A stretch of 64,000 nt of DNA, taken from Octopus sinensis (Eukaryota). Of this stretch, positions 39,985 through 53,974 are shown one piece after another. Under the pieces are notes generated by a model. It was not told the origin of the DNA, did no database searches, and saw only the letters and a list, made by a program, of their open reading frames with translations. The position numbers and the translations under genes were made by a program. The stretch covers positions 1 through 64,000 of the forward strand of contig NW_021835976.1 in the NCBI RefSeq assembly GCF_006345805.1, in the 5' to 3' direction. Position 1 is the first letter of the stretch. Each line of letters starts with the position of its first letter.

Positions 39985-40745
39985 TCATATTTGTAAACAA
40001 ACCGGAAGGCTTTGTAAGTTACGGAGATAGAGCGACTATGAATACTATACATACGCTGATTTAAAGTGACATTTATATATCAACAATTGACTGAAAAATG
40101 ATGAGCTAACCCCAACCAAGATCGAACCCACAAATCAATGCATACACGGCTCCTTGCGATTCCAATTGGACCAAATGCTCACCCATGAATTTCAGAGCCA
40201 AATTTTATGAAAATATACTTTAACTGTCCAATACTACATATAACATTTGTAAACAAACTAGAAGGTTTTGTAAGTTACGGAGATAGAGCGAGTATCGAAC
40301 TCTATTACTACAATTAATGTATATATTCATGAAATTTGATTGAAATTGATGGGTTAGGGTTTGGCCCAATCGGATGCGCAAAGAGGGTCCGATTTGTGGA
40401 TCCGATTCTGGCTGGGGTTAGCTCATCATTTTTTGTCAATTTTTTATATATAAATGCTGTTTTAAATCGGAGTATAGATATTATTATTATATTATTATAC
40501 AGTTATTATAGTACTAATAGATTTCCATAGTCATTCTACCTCCATAATTAGAAAAATCTTTCTTTACAAATATTATATGTAGTAATGGACAGTTAAAGTA
40601 TATATTCATAAAATTTGGCTGAAATTGATGGCCCAGTTGGATACGCAAGGAGCCGTGTGGGTTCGTTTCCGACTGGGGTTAGCTCATTTTTCTGTCAATT
40701 GTTTATATATAAATGTCACTTTAAATGGGAGTATGTATATTATTA
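39985..40745. repeat. About 270-bp unit with a tRNA-like A/B box, inverted (39985-40290) and direct tandem (40320-40745) copies
   Basis: TGGCCCA.T.GG..GGTTCG..GGGGTTAGCTCAT occurs twice on plus and once on minus. Confidence 0.75.
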
Positions 40746-40748
40746 TTA

Positions 40749-41250
40749 CCGTAAATCCTCGAGTATAGTCCGCCCTAGAGTATAATACGCAGGGAATTTT
40801 TAGGGGGCTGGTACTCTGAAAAACTTAAACCTTGTGTATAATACGCACCCCTTTTCTAACGTGAGTCAAGGATATCTATATAACGTCGTTGGCTTGTAAA
40901 AATGTGTACGGGAACGTCCTTTATTATTATTGTACATATAACATAATGCAAACGTGTAGCTTTTTTGTGCATTTTGTTTGCAGAAAATAAAGAAATAACC
41001 ATAATAAAGTTTAATAAATGTTGTTTACTGATGATTCTTTTATGACTTCATTACTTTCAGGCTTAGTTTAAGGTATTTTCGCGCCTGACATCACAAAATG
41101 CGTCTGAATAAGCGTTGCCGGACAGCAAATAGAGACTCGGACATTGCTTAGAAAATAATTTTCATTTTTAACCTCGTATATAGTATGCACTAGGGATTTT
41201 GACTTTTAAATTTTGGGGGGAAAATACGGATTATACTCGAGGATTTACGG
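40749..41250. mobile_element. Tc1/mariner-superfamily (Tc2/pogo-like) MITE
   Basis: 24-bp TIR CCGTAAATCCTCGAGTATA(G/A)TCCG, TA target duplication, subterminal GTATAATACGCA repeats. Confidence 0.92.
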
Positions 41251-42014
41251 TATGATATATTATGATATATTATTACATAGTTATTATTGTATTATATATA
41301 GAGATAGATGTAAATCGGGTGCAGACAGCCTCGAATAACCAGCTGAATGAGGTGTCCTCCTAGGGTTAGAAATAGAAGTAACGTCTGTTCCTACGGAACA
41401 GCTATGTTTAAGTGGCTATAAACATTACATCTCAGTATAGTTACTGCTCTCATCTCACAGAGATTTTCCAACTAGATTCTTCAGTTTTTATTTCATGTAG
41501 AAACACTTACAATAATATGATTAGTAAATATTTAACTGTATTACAGTATTGATTCCTAATCTTGACAGGTTTAACTACTCCGGCTTGGGGTAGACATTGG
41601 AACTCTAGTGGCAAAGACGTGGATCTGTACTCCTCAAAACAACGGAAGCCCTGAACGAGGGTCCTGCAACTTAACGTCATACGCTATCGGTTAAATAACA
41701 TCTAACCACCAGAACCAGGATACATGGTGGATATGAACTAATTCTGCAAATGAATTTATTGAATCAATGGTGAATATTACTAGATGCTGAGACAACAGAG
41801 TCTTAAAGACCAGAATCAGTCAGTTCAGTTAGCGAACTGCTGCCATCAGCTGTAGTAGAGGAGTCAACAGATGAGATATATAAGCTAGCGAAGGAGCAGT
41901 GTGGCTAAAAACTTGACCAGATATTCATGCTCCCACTGTTCGATCAAGTCGCCTAGTATGGAACAGTTACAACGGTTTGGGTTAGTCATCCGGTCGGAAT
42001 AGATGGAAGATAAA

Positions 42015-42220
42015 TATTGGCACAAGGTCAGCATTTTGGGGGAGGGGACAAGTCGATTACATTTATGCCAATGTTCAACTAGTACGCTATTTTATTCACC
42101 CTGAAATGATGAAAGGTAAAATCAACCCCGGCGGAATTTAAACCCAGAACGTGAAGTGGAACACAATGCTGCAAAGTATTTTGCGTGGCATGCTAACGAT
42201 TCTGCCAGCTCACCGACTTA
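42015..42220 (-). mobile_element. SINE family A
   Basis: Family A motifs; flanked by repeated ATGGAAGATAAATATTG (42003, 42224), a probable target-site duplication. Confidence 0.9.
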
Positions 42221-43578
42221 AAAATGGAAGATAAATATTGAGTATTCTGATCTGACAACCTTTTCGTACTAGGAAAGAGAGTACAGCTAAATATTACTCA
42301 ACGTTACGGTTGCTGACATACAATTTCACTTTGCTTTCAGGAAAACATGGCCTTGTCTTCTTCTCAGGCGTTTTCATCGGATACGAAACTTCAGAGATTC
42401 GGCATCTTCGATAATTTAATTGTTACTTAGACAGATATGAATTTTGTAAGATACTTTAGATACATTTAAAGCGTATCCTCTCATGAACAACATAGTGGTC
42501 TTCATATGAATAATTGCTAAACTCCAAAATAAATTAACATATTCTCTCTTAATCTAAATCAAGTTCTCTCGTATGACAAAGCACACAATACTCATATTCA
42601 CACACACACACATACACACGCGCACACAAATACACAAGCAGACACACGCGCACACACACGCACTCAAACACACACATACGTACGCACACACACATACATG
42701 CACACACACGCACACACACACGTATGCACACACATATTCATACATTCAGAGATATTCGTTCCAATATGCACTTATACACACAAACAAATATGCCTTTTGC
42801 AGAGAAGCTGTATATCTGACTGAAGATTAGATAGTTTCATGTATTGCACTTACCAAACATTGATATGTGCATCGCATGAAACTCTCGAACTTTGAGTTAA
42901 TGATGTAACTTTTCAGCCGAATATATATTCATATTTTTGAGTACCGAGTTCTGTTTCCCTCTTTTGTTCTCAAAAGTCTGTATGTATATGTACGTATATT
43001 TATTTTGGCATGTCTGAGTGTGTATATGTCTGTGTGTGTGTCTGTGAGCATGTGTGCTTGTTTGTATGTGTGTGTGTGTTCTTAGGAGTGAGAGAGAGAG
43101 AGAGAGAGAAAGTGTGTGTTTGTGAGTGTGTGTGTTTGTGAGTGTGTGTGTTTGTACTGAAGGAGTTTCACGAATGAAGAGAAACTTATTTATATGACTA
43201 TATGTATAAGGAATCAGATTGATAGAAAATTATACATACATATTGCAATAAAACATATTTACAGCTTTTTACTCCATTGTTGGGCATATACACATGCGCA
43301 CACACACATATGAATATGCACATGCAAAAACCTATATACATACAAACGCACTTATAAACAGGCATAAACATAAGCACTCATTCAAACATACACCTAAACA
43401 AACATGCGCTTAGACATAAATACACAAAGAGTCTCTTTCGGATTTTTCGCTCTAGCTCAGACAAACACGCTAAAACGTATAACTACCGCACATTTATATA
43501 TATATATATATACACACACACACAAAACATCAACGACAACACGAGCAACAAATATATGGCCAATAAAAATATATATTA

Positions 43579-43613
<35 letters not shown>

Positions 43614-44167
43614 TTGTTACTCCTACTGTATATTTTTGGTTTCTGCTTCTTGTTGTTTTTTTTACGTTTCTTATTGTTATAACAAAGGCGAAATATCATA
43701 AATTTCAAACATTTATATAACCAAAATCATATTAATAAGAAGAAAAAGTAATAATAATAATAATGATAATAATAATAATAATATTAATAATAAAAATAAT
43801 AATAACAGCAATAGCACCAACAATAACAATAATAATAATAAACGAATATCAACAAATAAATAAGAATAATGTGAAACTCGGCACATTGCATGGCACTGCT
43901 CAGTGATTTATTGCATTCGCTGCAGTTAATATGCAGTTAATATAGCGAGAGAATGCATCAGACACATCAGACCAGCTGCCTGCATCTGCAACAGATTCAT
44001 GCTTTAAGTAGAGTAGTATAAAGGAATGTATCGTTATACAGCCATTCACTGTTATATATATATATATACGTATGCATGTATGTATATTTTTATGTATGTA
44101 TACATGTGCGTGTATACGTGTGTGCTTGTATATTCATATATATACCCATGAATATTTTTTATTTTGC

Positions 44168-44214
<47 letters not shown>

Positions 44215-44516
44215 ATATATATATGAAGTAGAAATAGAAGTGCATTCATGTACATGTGGGAATATGAGTGAGCGTGTGTAATTGTGCGTATAAAGAACTG
44301 TCGGTTTGTATACATACGAATGTATGTATTATGTACATACGGTTTATATACATACGAATGCTCATGCAAAAATGTATATGCTTAGGTAGAAATAAAAAGA
44401 AATCTATCGCATAATATATATATATATATATACACCGAGATATATAGCTTTGTTTCACTGTATAATTTATTTCTGATGTATCTGCAAACATATATACGTG
44501 CATGCACACACACACA

Positions 44517-44564
<48 letters not shown>

Positions 44565-44727
44565 CATATATATGTATGTATGTATACAGAGAGAAAGAGA
44601 GACCGAGAGACAGACACACATACACATATATGTGTACATATGTATATATACATATATAATATATATATATATATATATGTATATAAGTATTATATATATA
44701 TATATTATATATATATATGTATATAAG

Positions 44728-44782
<55 letters not shown>

Positions 44783-45049
44783 TATATATATATATTTGCT
44801 TTTTTATTGTTATTTAAATCACTTAAACATGTTTATATATTTTGTATATTTTGAAAGCATCCTAATGTAATCCTTATTTTCCTCTTAAAACACTCAAGAC
44901 TTTCCTGATAACGTATTTAAAATGCAAAGGTATACTTTTTATATATGTTTTGTAATTTTAATCTTATTTGAGAAATGAAATACTTGCTTGATATGTTGAT
45001 TATTTAATAAATTAATTTGTAACCATTATATCCCTCTGTTTTTTTTAAA

Positions 45050-45123
<74 letters not shown>

Positions 45124-45810
45124 CACAGACACGCAGGATGTAAATAGACACCTTGATATGTTTTTAGTGGTGTGGAATTTGCAAGGTAATTATTCTTTTT
45201 CATTGCAGGTGTCAATATATTAAATATTTGGGAAGAGCAGCCATGCCACGCACAAAAAAAAAAAAATCAGTAGAACAGTCAGATTTTCAAAGAGGTTGTA
45301 TTATTGGGCAATCTGAGGCTGGTCTTAGCCAGCGAAAAATTGCCGAAAATCTTGACATTCCTGTTGCCACTGTTACTAGAATTAAAGTGCAATTCAAACG
45401 CAAAGGAACAGAATCAACAGATTCTTGTCCTGGGTCCTCGGAAATGAAGCTTTGCTGTTTGAAAAGAATTGTGGAAAACGAACCCCGTTCGAAGGCTTCT
45501 GACATTGCAGAACAGCTAGCAGTTAATCCAAGAATGTGCGTTATATATCTATATAAGTTTGAGTATTATGGACGAAGAGCTAGAAGGAATCATCTCCTTC
45601 AACCAATTGATAACATAAAAAGAAAGTAATGAGCTAAGGAGATATCAGAAAAATCCAGTTCATTTTGGGATAGAGTGATTTTCTCAGATGAATCTAGATT
45701 TGCATTATTTTCAGACAGTGGACGTGTTTGGGTCTGGAGGCTTCCCAATCAAGAATTTGATTTGAAACGACTCCAACCAACTGTGAAACATGGCGGTATC
45801 TCTGTATTGG
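45124..45810 (+). mobile_element. Tc1 transposon 5' half (transposase pseudogene)
   Basis: MPRTKKKK..SDFQRGCIIG..GLSQRKIAENLDIP (HTH), stop, then [35 protein letters not shown]. Confidence 0.92.
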
Positions 45811-45814
45811 TAAA

Positions 45815-46130
45815 ATACAGGTGATCGTGTGTGAACTGATTGTGTCTTGAGAGAAATTGTCCCAAATACAAAGAGTTGGAAGAGCACTGCATTAAGAAAA
45901 GCTGCCAGACAAGTGGTGAGGCAATCAAAGTGGGGTGCCGGGGTTTCTTGGGGCGTTCATTTCACAAGGCTCTCTCTGGAATTGTTTTATTAGTGCATCA
46001 AAACTAAGGCCATAAATTCCATCACTGGAGGTGCAGAGAAGGTGAATGTTAGGCTCTGGATAATACGGGCAGACCAAGATTTTGATAGTACAGGGATGCA
46101 AGCCCGGACTTCCTAAACTTCGGCAGGGTA
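45815..46130 (+). mobile_element. HERO-like LINE 3' RLE fragment
   Basis: KYKELEEHC..IKVGCRGFLGRSF..AEK..LW motif. Confidence 0.7.
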
Positions 46131-46149
46131 AAAAGTTAAATGTAAAGTT

Positions 46150-47050
46150 ATATTCTCAAGTGATACCGACTCATAAAGACCAGTTTCTCAGTTTCAGTGG
46201 AATATATGTTTCCCCTCATAGACGGGGGGGGTCCGTTGCAGGATTTCTCATATTTGCCAGCTGAGTGGACTGGAGCAATGTGAAGTGAAGTGTCTTGCTC
46301 AAGAACACAACGCATCGCCCGGTCCAGGAATCGAAACCACAATCTTACGATCATGACTCCAAAACCCTAACCACTAAGCCACACGCTACCACACTTCGGC
46401 TGAATCAACAAGACAAGTTGAGATCTGAATGTTGAGACCGAAAGCTGAGGATGCACTTCATAGCAGCATTGACATGTATATTGGCATAAAAGATGATCAT
46501 TTTTTGTAATTTTAATATCCAAAATATAGAAAAATTGCAGGAAGATGCATGCAAATCTCAAACCAAACATCTTCCATTTTTTTGTCTGTTTTGGTTACTG
46601 AATATGTGCTGTTTGTGTCGATGGATGTCGTTCAGAAATCGCATTCTTTGGCATTTCGGCAGAAAACATATATATACATACATACATATATATTCACACA
46701 CACGTGTGTGTGTGTGTGTGAAGGCGCATGGCTCAGTGGTTAGAGCGTCAAACTTGTGACCATGAGGTTGTGAGTTCGAATCCCGGATCAGGTTGCGTAT
46801 TGTGTTCTTGAGCAAGACACCTTATTTCACGTTTCTCCAATTCACTCAGCCGTAGAAATGAGTTGCGACGTCACTGGTGCCAAGCTCCATCGGCCTTTGC
46901 CTTTCCCTTGGATAATACTGGTGGCGTGGAGAGGGGAGGCCGGTATGCATGGGCGACTGCTGGTCTTCCATAGCAACCTTGCCCGGACTTGACTTGGGAC
47001 GGTAACTTTCTAGGTGCAATCCCATAGTCATTCCTGACCGAAGGGGGTCC
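46150..47050. mobile_element. SINE family C minus (46150-46387) and a related CORE-like SINE plus (46721-47050)
   Basis: tRNA A/B boxes TGGCTCAGTGG / GAGTTCGAATCC; TTCTTGAGCAAGACAC core. Confidence 0.9.
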
Positions 47051-47094
<44 letters not shown>

Positions 47095-47644
47095 AGGTAC
47101 AGGTGAGGATATAAACCTTGGAGGGATAAAACTATCGAAGACTAGACTGGCTGAATGCCTAACAAAGCAGGCAAAACATATACAGTGTTATTGATATTAA
47201 GCAAAACAAAAGAGAAGATGGAGACATGATTAAAATAAGTTTACTGACATTGGCCAAACCAGGCCTACAAATGTTTCAATTCATTGCTTGCAACATAAAA
47301 ATTAACCAAATTTAATATAATTTAAATAAATTAATTGGTAATACAGTGTACTATTATAGTTTAAAATATATACACAGTTATCAAAATAGACACAGTTATA
47401 AAAAATATATAGTTAGTCATATTGTTTTTTAGACATATATTTAGTCTATTGTTTTTTACACATCACCATTATTTGTATTTTTGAATGGGTATATCTACAT
47501 TATCATTATTTATATCAATTTATGGCTAACTATACTTGGTTAAATTTTATGCTGTAAGTACTGAGTTGAAACAATTGTAGGTCTGGTCTTTTGTTAATAA
47601 ACTTTTTTATTTATCTTATCTCCATCTTCTCCCTTCTCTTGTAC
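47095..47644. mobile_element. Fold-back element next to (TA)n, diverged inverted repeats, probable Penelope-like remnant
   Basis: 47211-47310 versus 47536-47630 inverted; GAAACAATTGTA hammerhead 3' half only. Confidence 0.55.
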
Positions 47645-47737
47645 ACACACACACACACACACACAATACATACGTATATATATATATTATATATATATAT
47701 ATATATGTGTGTGTATATATGTATGTATGTGTATATT

Positions 47738-47773
<36 letters not shown>

Positions 47774-47832
47774 GATATATATATATAGATAGATAGATAG
47801 ATAGATAGGTATATAGATAGATAGATAGATAT

Positions 47833-47926
<94 letters not shown>

Positions 47927-49323
47927 TTCTGTGTGTGTGTGCGTGCGTGTGTATTTGAAATAAAACACTAGTTGAAGAGTCACACTAATATATGTAGATG
48001 TTTCCTTTCTTTTTTTTTTATTTTATCCAGAAAGTCGAGAGTCACGTCAAATTTTCGTCTCCGTTACCTACCTCATATTTATCTGTCATTCTCTGTCACT
48101 CACTCTATCTTTCTGTCTCCCAATCTCTCTCTGCGTGTATCTATACATACATTTTATTTTGTTATTTATCATTCTATAATAGCCTTTACTTATCTGTAAT
48201 TTTGTACCTCTATAAATTCATACTTAGCTTATATAAAATAATACTGGTATATTCACTACTTAAACTGCTTAGATTATAATTTAATTAATATATAGTAAGC
48301 ATGTTCTTTTACCTCAGTACACCTTTATTAAATACCAGTATATACCAATTGATTAATCTTTATAGATACCATCTTATAATTTAGTAATTAAGTATATGAT
48401 ATGTATAAATATTAAACTATTTCGCGATAATTTCTTTTCCTCCCTATATTGTAGTAAAAGTCTCGTACATACTCAAATTTATTTAATCAATCTTTTTATC
48501 CTTTTGTTATAATATTCTTCTTAATAATCTTCTGAATAACCCTAATTTTAACTTTATACTATATGGCAATATTGTTTAAAATATTTAACTATAGTATCAC
48601 ATGATATGATTTCCCCTGTTTCATAATCAAAGTTCTACTAGTGACCTGCCCCTTTAATTGTCTGCCAACATCCTGATTTAAGATTTCCTTTACCAAATCT
48701 CATGATATTGCTTCAAATAAATCTTGATAGTTTTTATGACTATACCCACTATGATTTCTGTCGACTCCTTCAGCCAACTTCCTAACAGGCATTACTCCTT
48801 GCTCTTTTGGTCTTAGGTATACAAAGATTTGATAAATTAGTCTATAAATTAAAACTAACCCCATAAAACAGTGACAAGAAAAATCTGTAACAAGTCTTTC
48901 TTCTTGATAGCTTAGTAGCTTCTAAGCTGAAGTGAAGACAGCATGTTTCTGTCTATCTCCTTACCTTTTAGGAGATTTTAGGTAAAATTACATTATTGTG
49001 CCCATATGTTTTAAGTTAATTAAATTCTATGTCTCTATGCAGCTGAGGATTGCTCTGCATTTAAATCTATGTAATGATTGCATTCTTCAATTGCATGGAG
49101 TTGCTTGAAATGATCGTACTGCATTACCTCAGTATATCTTTGTTGCATATTTTGATTAGATAAATAGATAATAGATAGATAGATAGATAGATAGATAGTT
49201 GGATATACTGACAAAGACATAGGCATGTATGTATATTTCCATATATATGTATGCATGAATGTATGTTTATATGTGTACGCCTATGGTTATATATATATAT
49301 AAATATATATATACGCATATATG

Positions 49324-49388
<65 letters not shown>

Positions 49389-49543
49389 TATTATATATAT
49401 ATATTATATGCATATACATATACATATATGTATATGCATATACATATATGCATATACATATATGTATATGCATATACATATACATATACATATACATATA
49501 TGCATATACATATACATACATACAAATATATATAAACAGAGGG

Positions 49544-49606
<63 letters not shown>

Positions 49607-50666
49607 GTGTGTGTGTGTGTGTGTCTGTGTGTGAATGTATGTATTTTTATATGTGTACATGTCTATACAAATTTGTTTCCAGAAAGAAAATAAAGAAGAA
49701 ATGTATTGTTTGTTTTTGCGGCAACATGAGGAAGAAATGAAGAATATGAAATAAGAAAATGGAATATGGAATAACATGTATTATGAGGAGGAATTTCAAA
49801 GATGAAATTTGAATGAGGAATCTTGGAAATACAACTCGAAAAGGAATAACGTTTTTATTAAAGAGAAAAAATGTATTAGATTGGAGAATAGAACTTTAAA
49901 TGAAAGTTTAACGTATCAAGCCGTATTTGAATAAATAGAAACAGAAGCGGAAAGAAAGAAAGAAAGAAGGTAAAATACATAACTTGCAAGTATCACAGAA
50001 GGAATGAAAGAAGGAAAGAAACATGAAAAAATATATAAAAATAAACAGTGAAAGATAGAAAATGAAAGAAAAGAAAGTCTGATGGTAATATATATACAAT
50101 GTACGAATCGCAAAACAAGCGTAAGAATGAAAGAAATCATATACATGTGGGTGGCGGAGGGGGGAAAGAAAAACATGTGATAAAAAAGAAGAAATGCAGC
50201 TGATAAAACAACGATGGGACGAAAGCAAGGAGCAAGGGAAAAAGAAATTAGGAATGAGAAAAAGATGGAAAGATATAATTTGCGCAAAAGACAAAGAAGG
50301 AAAAGGAAAAGTAATGAAGGAGAAGAGTGGAAATGAAACAAATAAACGAAAAACAAGGAATGAATTTATGGATGAACGAATTAAAATGCTAGGATGAGAA
50401 TGAAAGAAAGAAAAGAGGAAAAAAAATCGAGAAAATAATGCAGGAATGATTTAAATGAAAACTAGCATTCGTGCTACGAAAATTGTAGATAAAATGAATT
50501 TGAGACTGAACAGGTATAGTGGCATGGTTAAGAAGCCCACTTTTTGACCATGTGGTTTCGTGCTCAATCCCACAGCGCGGCTCTTCTTGCGGTATGAATA
50601 TATATATGTATAATTTTCCCATATTGGCATTTTGCTAAATCAGCCATGAATTTACATGGTAAATAT

Positions 50667-50807
50667 ATATACTGACAGTAGATTTTGCCAAGCCGTACGG
50701 CGATAAGTGTAGTCAGTACTGACGAGCTTTTAAGTTTTCAGGCGAAACTTGTCTAGTCTAATGATCCAGCTTTGCTTATGGAGTAATTATCTCCCCTGCC
50801 AGTATAT
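50667..50807 (+). ncRNA. Possible hammerhead core within a short inverted-repeat element
   Basis: CTGACGA-GCTT..AGGC-GAAAC-TT-GTC at 50719-50753; stem I weak; flanks ATATACTGACAG / CTGCCAGTATAT. Confidence 0.4.
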
Positions 50808-50949
50808 GAAAATGAGCTTTCTTGCAGCTGTAAGGGTTTTTAACTCTTATTTATAGCAATGTTGGTGCTACCCAACGCCCTCAGTCACAATTAGTCACAA
50901 CTGAATTTTCTTTTTTGGCTTTATATTGCCTACAGCTGCCTTCATTATT

Positions 50950-51602
50950 TTGTGTGTGTGTGTGTGTTTGTGAGTGAATTCGTGTGTGCCCGTGTTTGCG
51001 TTTGTTTCACCATAGCTTGGCAACCGACGCTGTTTGGTTTTCGGCTCCGTAAATTTGTGGTTTAGTAGATGCCCCAACATGGCTGTCATCCAATGACTGT
51101 AAGAAGTAAAAGACAAAAATTAAAATATAAAAAATCAGAAAAATGAAAATATAAATAGGAATTAAAATCTGAAACATGAAAGGGAATGTGGATGCTGGAG
51201 TGGCTGTGTGGTAAGTAGCTTGATTACCAACCACATGGTTCCGGGTTCGGTTCTACTGCGTGACACCTTGGGCAATTGTCTTCTACTATAGCCTCGGGCC
51301 AATCAAAGCCTTGTGAGTAGATTTCGTAGACGGAAACTGAAAGAAGCCCGTCGTATATATGTATATATGTATATTTGTGTGTGCGTATGTTTGTGTGCCT
51401 GTGTTTGTCTCACCAACATCGCTTGACAACCGATGCTGGTGTGTTTACGTCCCCGTAACTTAGCGGTTCGGCATAAGTAACACCGATAGAATAAGTACTA
51501 GGCTTACAAAGAATAAATCCTGGGGTCGATTTGCTCGACAAAAAGCGGTGCTCCAGCATGTACACAGTCAAATGACTGAAACAAGTAAAAGAGTAAAAGA
51601 GT
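50950..51602 (+). mobile_element. SINE family B: partial (50950-51110) and full (51193-51602)
   Basis: GGAGTGGCTGTGTGGTAAGTAGCTTG..GACTGAAACAAGTAAAAGAGTAAAAGAG. Confidence 0.92.
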
Positions 51603-52162
51603 ATGTATTAAGAGAGAGAGAGAGAGGGGGGAGAGGAAAGGAGAGAAAGGAAGGGAGAAAGACGGGGGAGAAAGAAAGCGAGGAAGGGAGCGAGAGAGAC
51701 TGACACACAAATGAAGAAAAAAGGGGAGAAAGGTGTAAAACACAAGTAGCGGTAATCTCCGAACATGAATTTTCATACATGGTTGAACAAAAGCATTTAG
51801 CGGCATTTATTCCATCTTTATATTTTCTTAGTACAAAACTTGCCGATGTCAAATTTATTTTCTGCAATCTAGGGTTGATGATATAAGTAACATTTAATAA
51901 CTGGAGGTCCATGGAACAGACTAACTACCTCCCCTAATATTGTTTGTGTTCTGCCAAAATTCGTTATTTAGTTATATAGATATTCAGACACAAGGAAAAC
52001 GGTTCTGCCGTTTCGGATACACACCCTTCTTCAGAGAAGGCAATCTGTGATATGGATACTTACTGTTAGTAATGGCACTTTCTACAGTCAATTTCAGAAG
52101 AAATCTTTATTGTAGAAATCCAGAGTGCCTACTTCTACAGATGTGAAACCAGAGAAATTTTT

Positions 52163-52380
52163 CACCAGCGTAGCTAGATGTGTAGCGTAGCTAGATGTGT
52201 AGCGTAGCTAGATGTGTAGCGTAGCTACATGTGTACCGTAGCTAAAGTGTGCTAGAGTGTGCCGCCTCCGGACTCCAGAAAAAGCTCATATTGCCTACAG
52301 CAGACCCAAAAGTTGTGCTCCTTTAAAAGTGCCGCCCGGAGCGGATCGGCCATAACTCCCCACCCCTAGCTACGCTAGTG
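52163..52380. mobile_element. hAT-like MITE with amplified 17-bp terminal unit
   Basis: TIR CACCAGCGTAGCTAG / CTAGCTACGCTAGTG; (GCGTAGCTAGATGTGTA) about 4 copies. No clear TSD. Confidence 0.65.
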
Positions 52381-52519
52381 CACTCATTCGATCCGTAGCC
52401 AAGGCCATTTCATGGTTGTTATATTCGGATGCTTTTGATAGAGTTCAACGTTAACAGGATCCATAGGTAACCATAGGCGCCCTTCCCCAATGCCGAGTCC
52501 ACAGACATATTTTGTAAGC

Positions 52520-53030
52520 AAAAGGGAATCATCTGACATGGACACCGGAAATTGTCAGATTAGATGACTTCTGCGTATTGCGCTTCCCCAGGGCCTAACG
52601 TTTGATTGTCGCATACCAGTCATATTTCACTGTCAACAATATATAGAATATCAGTCGCTTTGTCAATGATGTCGTAAACAAGCAGCTGGCGTATTGAAAG
52701 TAAATATTAGCAACGGAACCAGTATTAATACCGTGTAGCAAAATTCATATCTCAAAAGACATAGGTGTATTATTAGAAAATCGAATACTGTGGTACTCGC
52801 CTGAGAAGTGTTTTAAAACAGACGCAAGGCTCCAAGAGCACGACATATATCGATGGCAGACGAGAACTGTCTGTAATTCTATATATCGTTGACACTGAGA
52901 TTTATTTGGTATGCGTGAAGAGGAGACCTGTCACTGAAGAAGCACAGTGCGCTGAAACCTAGGGTTCCAGAAGTTCTGGCGCCCACGTCAGGGGATTTGC
53001 GTCTGCTAAAGGCATATGTCTATGTTCTTA
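52520..53030. mobile_element. Old fold-back element with a decayed hammerhead-like core
   Basis: GCATACCA..TGTCAACAATATATAGAAT versus ATTCTATATATCGTTGACA..TGGTATGC; CTGAAGA-AGCAC..GCGCT-GAAAC at about 52933-52957. Confidence 0.45.
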
Positions 53031-53300
53031 GGACCGAAGTGATGTCTCGAGTCAAATACGTCAGTATTAGGCTCTTTAATGATATATCCACGTTGAGTAG
53101 AACATAAAGATATATATGTACGTATGTATGTTACATCACTAAACTACATTTCTTAATTTTCTTCGTTGTCCCTCTGAGTTTCGTCTTTCTTTTCTCTTCC
53201 AGTTTTGTATTTGAGGTGGGGAGAGAAAATGTCTTTCTCTATTAAAACAAACACATCCTATACACACAGGCGTATGTACACTCTGTCTCTTTCCCCTTCT

Positions 53301-53336
<36 letters not shown>

Positions 53337-53974
53337 TACACACACACACACGCACACACATATATACGCACAGAAGCACTTACACATTTGACATGGTACT
53401 AGTAGTAAAACTTCAAAGAAACGAAAGAAATTTATACTAATTGTATAACACTCTTTGTATTTAAACCTTAGGTAAATGATATCGTTAATTATCTTTCTTC
53501 TACTTTATATTCATCTTAAAATAATATATTTTATAGTCGTTTCGTTTATCGATGATAACAGTGTAGATATAAATTAATATGAAATATTTATATTGGTGTA
53601 TTATTAAATATAAATATTTTCCCATTAATAGTCGTATAAATATCTATATTCATATATTATAAAGATAATTTTATTTGATTGCATATAAGGTTAGTGTTTG
53701 GGGAAATCACGAAAACATTAAAATGTCAGTCGAAATTCTGTATATAAATATTTTTTTCTTTTAGTTCAATAACTAAGGTTAATTTAATGAATTTTAAAGT
53801 GTTTTTCTTCGTTTGTTGCTTGTTTTTTCTTTGTGTGTTTATTCTCAATATGAATTACAGAGAAGTACTATAATTAATAGAGCAGCGGGCTTAATGTATT
53901 TCACTGTTTAGTAACGATTGATTTGAAATCTCGCTATGGTCGACTTTTACCTTCTGGACGGTTATTGATAAATT

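Noticed and set aside
44-50400. Long ORF-track hits with poly-H/I/M/YI/CV/LS content (e.g. 27463-28644, 393 aa)
   Set aside because: They are translations of stop-free microsatellites, with no domain signal.
52168-52240. CRISPR-like array
   Set aside because: Contiguous 17-bp units with no spacers, inside a MITE, in eukaryotic DNA with no cas genes.
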